Shown here piece after piece: positions 58,655-64,000 of a stretch of 64,000 bases of DNA. The first letter of the stretch is position 1. The number at the start of each line of letters is the position of its first letter. This DNA comes from a virus (taxonomy: Duplodnaviria; Caudoviricetes): positions 128,001 to 192,000 of IMG/VR virus record IMGVR_UViG_3300005512_000001. The stretch is one strand, 5' to 3'. Below the pieces are notes generated by a model. It worked only from the letters and a program-made list of their open reading frames with translations. It searched no databases and was not told the DNA's origin. A program made the translations under genes and the position numbers.

Positions 58655-59299
58655 ATGTCTAAAGTATTTATTATTGGCGGCGGCCCCAGCCTGGGGGGAT
58701 TTAATTTTAAGTCCTTAGATGGACATGACTGCATAACTATCAATAAATCGTTATTTAATGTGCCAAACCCAAAATATTTTATTACTATTGACCATAGCTT
58801 TTTGAATAAAACAAAAGGTGTTAGACGACAAATAGCTGAGTCGAGTGCTAATTCATTTTTTGTTTCGAACTATGCTGGTGGGACTCTAAAGGATGATGAT
58901 GGCAGGATATTATGCACGAAGACCAAGCGACATTATAATCTGGCCGGGTTCGATGTAATTATCAAAAGCAAGAAGCATGCTGGAATTGGATTCGATTGGG
59001 GCGATTTTAGGAATGGCAATTGTAGCGGTTATTGTGCGATGCAATTAGCGGTATTATTGAGATATGATGAAATTTATATGCTTGGGATAGATTTAGCAAC
59101 TAGCGGCAATAAAACGCATTATCACAATGGTTATGGCACAAGACTTGACAAAATGGTGTCGTCATTGGACGGATATTTTAAATATTTTAGGGATGGTGTT
59201 AAAGTAGCTCTGAACAACAATATTAAGATATTTTCTTGTTCTAGCATAAGCCGGTTAAATGGGATTATACCATTTGTTGATTCTTCAACGGTTTTATAA
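58655..59299 (+). CDS. DUF115/Maf-like (sialyltransferase-related) protein
   Basis: IIGGGPSL, ITIN, NCSGYCAMQLA..LRYDEIYMLGIDL, HYH. Confidence 0.7.
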   Translation: MSKVFIIGGGPSLGGFNFKSLDGHDCITINKSLFNVPNPKYFITIDHSFLNKTKGVRRQIAESSANSFFVSNYAGGTLKDDDGRILCTKTKRHYNLAGFDVIIKSKKHAGIGFDWGDFRNGNCSGYCAMQLAVLLRYDEIYMLGIDLATSGNKTHYHNGYGTRLDKMVSSLDGYFKYFRDGVKVALNNNIKIFSCSSISRLNGIIPFVDSSTVL

Positions 59300-60638
59300 A
59301 GTCATTGAAGAACTCATCTACTTGTTCAACTGCACGGCCCACTAAGATGTCGTTTTGATATTCGCTAATGTCGATGTCTTTTAGCTCTTTCATCGCCGAG
59401 AGTTCCTTTATCAATTCATCGCCAGAATAATTCAATGAGCATTGTCGTAGCTTCTCATGCAATTCTTGTCGGTCAGCTCCACGTTTGACGGCAGCCATTA
59501 GAATTTTTTCGACAGTCATGAGTGCGATTTCGGTGTTGAGATTGTCAGCGATGGCTGTGTGATTTACTACCAGACCACCAAATATTTTTATCATTGTGTT
59601 CAATATGCCATCGACCGATAAGAAGATTTCTGGCAATACTAATCTGCGGGCACTAGAATCATCTAGTGAGCGTTCCAACCATTGTTCTGATGCTGTAATT
59701 AAAGCGGTTGTTGATAACCCAATGGCAAATTTTGCAATACCGCATACTCGTTCGCAATATAGCGGGTTCTTTTTGTATGGCATTGCAGATGAACCAACTT
59801 GTTTAGCTCCAAATCCTTCGGCTAATTCTTTCTTACCGGCTAACAGCCGTATGTCTGTGGCTATTTTTTGACATACTGCGGCCAGTGACGACATCAGACA
59901 TACTAAAATAGAATCGTCTATTCTTGGGTAGACTTGACCAGTAACAGCATACTTGTTTTGCCCAAATCCCATCATATTGCAAATTAGAGTATCCAGCGAC
60001 TTGACTTTGTCGTGATTGCCGTCGAATAATTCCAAATATGATGCTTGCGTTCCTGTCGCCCCTTTTACTCCGCGTGCCTTTAGATTAAGATATTTATGAT
60101 TAATCTCAGACAGAACTAGATATAGGTCATATGCCCACAGCGAGGCTCGTTTGCCAACTGTTGTTGGTTGTGCTGGTTGGAAATGTGTTAGCCCCAGTGT
60201 CGCTACTGACTTATGGTTGTTGGCAAATTCGCCAATATTTACAATTAATGATTTTAATTTTGTGATGATTAGAGACAACGATGTTTTAATTCGCATTGAA
60301 TCAGCATTGTCTACCACGAATTGGCTCGTGGCACCTAGATGGATGATTCCACGCGCAGATGGTGCTTGGTCGCCAAACGCCTTGATATGTGCCATTACAT
60401 CATGATGTAATTCTTTTTCATACTCTTCTGCACGCCCCATATCAGCATCTTTCAGAGCAGACTCTAGTTCATTTAATTGTTTGTTTGTAATAGATAACCC
60501 CAATTGCGATTGTGCGCGTGCTAAATTGCACCACAACTCTCTCCATAAATTGAATTTATATTCATCGCTCCATATATGTGCCATTTCTGGTGATGCACTT
60601 CTGCCGACTAGTGGTGACTGATATATGCTCATAGACAT
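59265..60638 (-). CDS. purB: adenylosuccinate lyase
   Basis: YQSPL, HDVMAH, IIHLGATSQFV.DN, THFQPAQPTTVGKR, GVKGATGTQAS, SSAMPYKKNP, ERSLDDS. Confidence 0.95.
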   Translation of the reverse strand: MSMSIYQSPLVGRSASPEMAHIWSDEYKFNLWRELWCNLARAQSQLGLSITNKQLNELESALKDADMGRAEEYEKELHHDVMAHIKAFGDQAPSARGIIHLGATSQFVVDNADSMRIKTSLSLIITKLKSLIVNIGEFANNHKSVATLGLTHFQPAQPTTVGKRASLWAYDLYLVLSEINHKYLNLKARGVKGATGTQASYLELFDGNHDKVKSLDTLICNMMGFGQNKYAVTGQVYPRIDDSILVCLMSSLAAVCQKIATDIRLLAGKKELAEGFGAKQVGSSAMPYKKNPLYCERVCGIAKFAIGLSTTALITASEQWLERSLDDSSARRLVLPEIFLSVDGILNTMIKIFGGLVVNHTAIADNLNTEIALMTVEKILMAAVKRGADRQELHEKLRQCSLNYSGDELIKELSAMKELKDIDISEYQNDILVGRAVEQVDEFFNDFIKPLKNQQMV

Positions 60639-60657
60639 CAAATACACTATACTTGTT

Positions 60658-62163
60658 TTATAAGTGCAGGATAAATCGTTTCTTTTGAGACCCATGCACT
60701 TTTGTATATCCGAATTTTTCGGCGAATTCTGATTCTTTCATCCCCATTTTAATAGCGCGATTATATAAAGTTTTTTTATGCATGACCCATTTATCTTGAG
60801 AGACATACCAATAGCTAGGCGGGATTGTTTTATCTAGTTTAAAGTTGCATGCTAGATACAACGACCCCGTGTGGTTAAATGTAGTATCAGTATATGCGAT
60901 AATGCATTTGTATTTCTTGGGCAATTTGTTTATGCATTTAGATATTAACCATGACCCAAAATTTTTCTTCTGGTATTTGGGGTGTATGCAGAATCTTGAC
61001 AATTCTCTTACGCACGACTTGTTATAATTAGCGATTTGGATGTTTTGTCTAACCAATGGCGAGAAAATGCATATAGCAATTAATTTGTTCTCCAAATATG
61101 CCCCGTAAGCGATTCCACCACGTCCTGCGGTCGCTAGATAGTGGTATTTTGCAAGTAGTGGTGTGTATTCGTTCGATTTTGATTTATGTATTGCAACATC
61201 ATCGAAACTAAAGCTTATAAGTTTGGTATTGCTTATATTGAGCCAATATTCTATAGTATTAATAATCTTGTTGTGTTGGTAAAATTCGTGTTCCCATAAG
61301 TATTTAAGCTCATATTCGGATGCCAAATAATTTTTCACATATTCTTGCTTTCTGATGTCTCTTAATTTCGTCTTTGTATTATTGTGCCAATAATCGCCTT
61401 GGCATTCAATTAGTAATGTTTTGCTATTGGGTCTTGGTATAACACAATCGAATGACCATGGCCCTATTCTACATTGTGGGTCATCAGGCTTGTCATTATA
61501 TTCTCTGAAGTATGTTATGTTTAAATCATCTAATATTGAATATAACATACTTTGAATATTGGATACTTTTGGTGTATTGGCGAGCCTAATAGCTTGTTTT
61601 TCTAAATATTCAGTTGTTTTATGCGACTTTATTTGTTTCTCTATGAATCCTGGTTTTCTTATAGCTTTGTAATACTTGCTTCTGTGTTCTGGTGACTTCC
61701 ATAAATGGTTTGATATGCTCCTTAACTTTTCTATTTGCGATGCATTAATTGTGGCCATTTTTTGTTTGAATTCTGGGTCTAGCCATAACTTCCGCAATGA
61801 TTCGGTTATTTTTTGTCCGAATTCTGGGTCTTGCCACAATTTTTTGGATTTTTCGCTTATTTTCTTTTTAGTTGCAGGCGAGTGTGGTTGTTTATTTTTT
61901 GGCACTTTTTTATTGGCCCTATAAGATTGGTCCTGCCATACCCTCTTCATGTTGTCAGATTGCTTTGTTTTGTATTTGTCGCTTTTATTAACACAGGCCC
62001 TACATACATAAATTGGGTTCTTTTTGCGCAGCAATTTATATCCTTTATAATTCTGTTGTGTAATTTTATTGCATTTAGAGCATTGAATAATAACACTGTC
62101 TTTATTTTTTGCAGTTTCCTTTGTGATTCCATATTTTTTCTTGGTTTTGTCCCACAATATCAT
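60658..62163 (-). CDS. DUF559/Vsr-like endonuclease fused to Mom/Hef-like GNAT-fold domain (copy 2)
   Basis: NUMOD3-like HSPATKKKISE, WQDPEF repeats; WSFDC..IECQGDYWH; KYHYL..ELSRFC..AYTDTTFNHTGSLYLACNF. Confidence 0.75.
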   Translation of the reverse strand: MILWDKTKKKYGITKETAKNKDSVIIQCSKCNKITQQNYKGYKLLRKKNPIYVCRACVNKSDKYKTKQSDNMKRVWQDQSYRANKKVPKNKQPHSPATKKKISEKSKKLWQDPEFGQKITESLRKLWLDPEFKQKMATINASQIEKLRSISNHLWKSPEHRSKYYKAIRKPGFIEKQIKSHKTTEYLEKQAIRLANTPKVSNIQSMLYSILDDLNITYFREYNDKPDDPQCRIGPWSFDCVIPRPNSKTLLIECQGDYWHNNTKTKLRDIRKQEYVKNYLASEYELKYLWEHEFYQHNKIINTIEYWLNISNTKLISFSFDDVAIHKSKSNEYTPLLAKYHYLATAGRGGIAYGAYLENKLIAICIFSPLVRQNIQIANYNKSCVRELSRFCIHPKYQKKNFGSWLISKCINKLPKKYKCIIAYTDTTFNHTGSLYLACNFKLDKTIPPSYWYVSQDKWVMHKKTLYNRAIKMGMKESEFAEKFGYTKVHGSQKKRFILHL

Positions 62164-62265
62164 ATGTGAATTCCTTTATTGAAAGGTTCGCATTATATTA
62201 TTTTTGAATACTGGCACACATCAAAAATAATATAAGGTGTTTGTCCTGAGTAAAGGAGAAAGAAA

Positions 62266-62673
62266 ATGGCAAGTCAGCCACTAAACACACAGATTCAAGT
62301 TTTCCGCAGGGTTAGGGCGCAACGCGAACCGCAGCGTCATGACTCAATCAAGAACATCACGGGCAAGCTTCGTCGGCTAATCTTAATTGCGCCGGGTGAA
62401 GAAGTAAGGACAGCAGTCGTATCGCGTGATACTAGCGTTACCGACTTCTCGACCTACATGGGAGAGGCAAGCGCAGTGGCACAAAGAGGTCATCCAATTG
62501 TTGTTGGGGTCCAGGCGGTCAAGGACTTCAGCGTGGTCCAGCAAATTTCTGGCGTCGATTTCCCAGTCGAAATCGGTGGCGACAAATTTGTTCAGGAAAC
62601 TGCAGCTACCGTTGGTGGCGACGTACATCAGGACGCTCGCGACACTACCGGTGGTACAACCAACAGGCTGTAA
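62266..62673 (+). CDS. hypothetical, probably highly expressed (structural) protein
   Basis: AAGGAG RBS, distinct C-ending codon bias, own terminator. Confidence 0.65.
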   Translation: MASQPLNTQIQVFRRVRAQREPQRHDSIKNITGKLRRLILIAPGEEVRTAVVSRDTSVTDFSTYMGEASAVAQRGHPIVVGVQAVKDFSVVQQISGVDFPVEIGGDKFVQETAATVGGDVHQDARDTTGGTTNRL

Positions 62674-62704
62674 GCCTGTTAAAATTAAACTTGACAAACA
62701 CCAA

Positions 62705-62740
62705 GAAGGGCCAGGAAACTGGCCCTTCGTTTTGTATTTT
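62705..62740 (+). terminator. intrinsic terminator
   Basis: gaagggccag-GAAA-ctggcccttc followed by gttttgtatttt. Confidence 0.8.
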
Positions 62741-62762
62741 AATTAACCGATAGAAATGATTA

Positions 62763-64000
62763 ATGGCTAATTTAGAGCGGAAAATTTGGCGTAATTCTGA
62801 ATGGTTATATGACCATTATTATAATAAAAAATTATCATATTCGCAGATGTCAAATATTGTTGGGGTTTCGAAAAGAGCTATGATTTTCGCATGTAAACAA
62901 TTTGGGATTAAATCTAGAAGTACATCAGAATCGTTATCTGCACCTATGCCTACCCGAAAAGATTTAGAGAAGCTATATTGTACTCAACAATTAAGCCAAT
63001 CCCAAATATCTAAAATTTATGGGGTTTCACAATCAGTAGTCCATAAATGGATGAAAAAATATGGCATTAAAAGTAGAGACCATAAAAATGCTACCCAGAT
63101 AAGATTGGGATATGGTAAGAAACCATTATGCGAATGGGCAAATTCGCAATGGTTGATAGAACAATATGAAAGTAAATCTGTATCGGAGATAGCATCGGGT
63201 GTTGGCTGGTCAACTACTTTTGTGCATGACACGATGGCGGAGCTTGGCCTTGAAATGAGGTCCAACTCTGAAGCCATGCTGATGCAATCTAATAAGATAT
63301 CAAAGAGGATGCGTGATAAATGGTGTGACCCTGAATATCGCAAATTTATGCTCGCTAAAATGGCAGCATATCCGAAAGTATCTTCATTGCAGACAAAATT
63401 ATATGGCATATTAGATGAGATGGGAATTGAATACTATAGAGAACATAATGATAAAGAAGACGATGTGCAATGTGTAATTGGGTATTGGCATTTTGATTGT
63501 GTGATTCCGAAGCATGATGCTAAAAATCTTATAATTGAATGTAATGGTGACTATTGGCATTCGCTGCCAGAAGTAGTGGCAAATGACCGCAGAAAATCGA
63601 ATTATATTTATAAATACCAGAATGATGCTTATGACTTAAAATATTTATGGGAACATGATTTCGCTAATATAGATAGAGTGAAACAATTAATTAGATATTG
63701 GGTTGGATTGCATAAACTAGATGTTATTAAGTTCCAATTTAATATGGTAAATATACGTCAAATTAACTATGTTGAGGCTATTAAACTGCTTGGTGCCTAT
63801 CACTATATAGGCACAGCCAGAAAAAATTCCAAAAATTATGGTGCATTCCTTGGAGATGAATTGATTGCAGTTGGGTCGTTTGGTCCAATCACTAGAAAAC
63901 AATCAGCAGATAGACTTGAATTAAAATATGACGAATTAATAGAATATACCAGACTATGTATTCACCCAAGCTATCAGAAGAAGAACTTTGCGACCTGGTT
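62763..64000 (+). CDS. endonuclease-Mom/Hef-like GNAT fusion (copy 3), truncated by the window end; absent from the ORF track
   Basis: My translation from ATG 62763: MANLERKIWRNSEWLY.., HTH-like repeats, WCDPEYR, WHFDCVIP, IECNGDYWHS, YLWEHD, AYHYIG, EYTRLCIHPSYQKKNFATW. Confidence 0.75.
   Translation, partial: MANLERKIWRNSEWLYDHYYNKKLSYSQMSNIVGVSKRAMIFACKQFGIKSRSTSESLSAPMPTRKDLEKLYCTQQLSQSQISKIYGVSQSVVHKWMKKYGIKSRDHKNATQIRLGYGKKPLCEWANSQWLIEQYESKSVSEIASGVGWSTTFVHDTMAELGLEMRSNSEAMLMQSNKISKRMRDKWCDPEYRKFMLAKMAAYPKVSSLQTKLYGILDEMGIEYYREHNDKEDDVQCVIGYWHFDCVIPKHDAKNLIIECNGDYWHSLPEVVANDRRKSNYIYKYQNDAYDLKYLWEHDFANIDRVKQLIRYWVGLHKLDVIKFQFNMVNIRQINYVEAIKLLGAYHYIGTARKNSKNYGAFLGDELIAVGSFGPITRKQSADRLELKYDELIEYTRLCIHPSYQKKNFATW

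Noticed and set aside
1-64000. alternative genetic code (stop-codon reassignment)
   Set aside because: Conserved proteins are full length and tightly coupled under the standard code
62763-64000. non-coding tail or small minus-strand ORFs (63017-63409, 63717-63902)
   Set aside because: The region is an open + strand frame for the third endonuclease fusion, lacking a stop only because the window ends

Overview
This AT-rich, gene-dense window reads as part of a jumbo/huge dsDNA bacteriophage with a T4-superfamily-like replication/recombination module, not a cellular chromosome. It has no rRNA, tRNA or CRISPR. It encodes gp41/DnaB-like helicase, RecA with a mini-intein, UvsY-like mediator, gp32-like SSB, FEN/RNase H, GroES, ClpP and UDG. 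Three blocks are visible. (1) 0.5-15 kb: a poly-Ser/LamG/beta-helix surface protein followed by nucleotide-metabolism genes. These are ThyA, an NDT-family N-glycosidase, a DeoC-like protein, an adenylosuccinate-synthetase paralog with all PurZ signature residues, and an intein-containing class II RNR. (2) 16-33 kb: a ~17 kb glycan-synthesis cluster (NeuB, NeuA, about 9 glycosyltransferases, 4 sulfotransferase-like and 3 methyltransferase genes) plus an actin-like ATPase. (3) 33-64 kb: replication genes, including a DnaE split into two intein-free genes, MazG, a bare family A polymerase domain, phage-encoded PurB and three endonuclease-GNAT(Mom/Hef-like) fusions. The strongest candidate for a new system is a self-contained 2-aminoadenine (Z) pathway (PurZ+PurB+MazG, possibly NDT+DeoC for dA depletion) in a jumbo phage that uses a two-subunit family C polymerase. 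Also notable are a ~370 nt highly structured non-coding element preceded by four 16-bp tandem repeats and a possible nonulosonic-acid glycosylation system for a poly-serine virion protein. All calls come from motif recognition by eye; no database searches were run. Several starts were moved downstream of the ORF-track start using RBS and homology cues.
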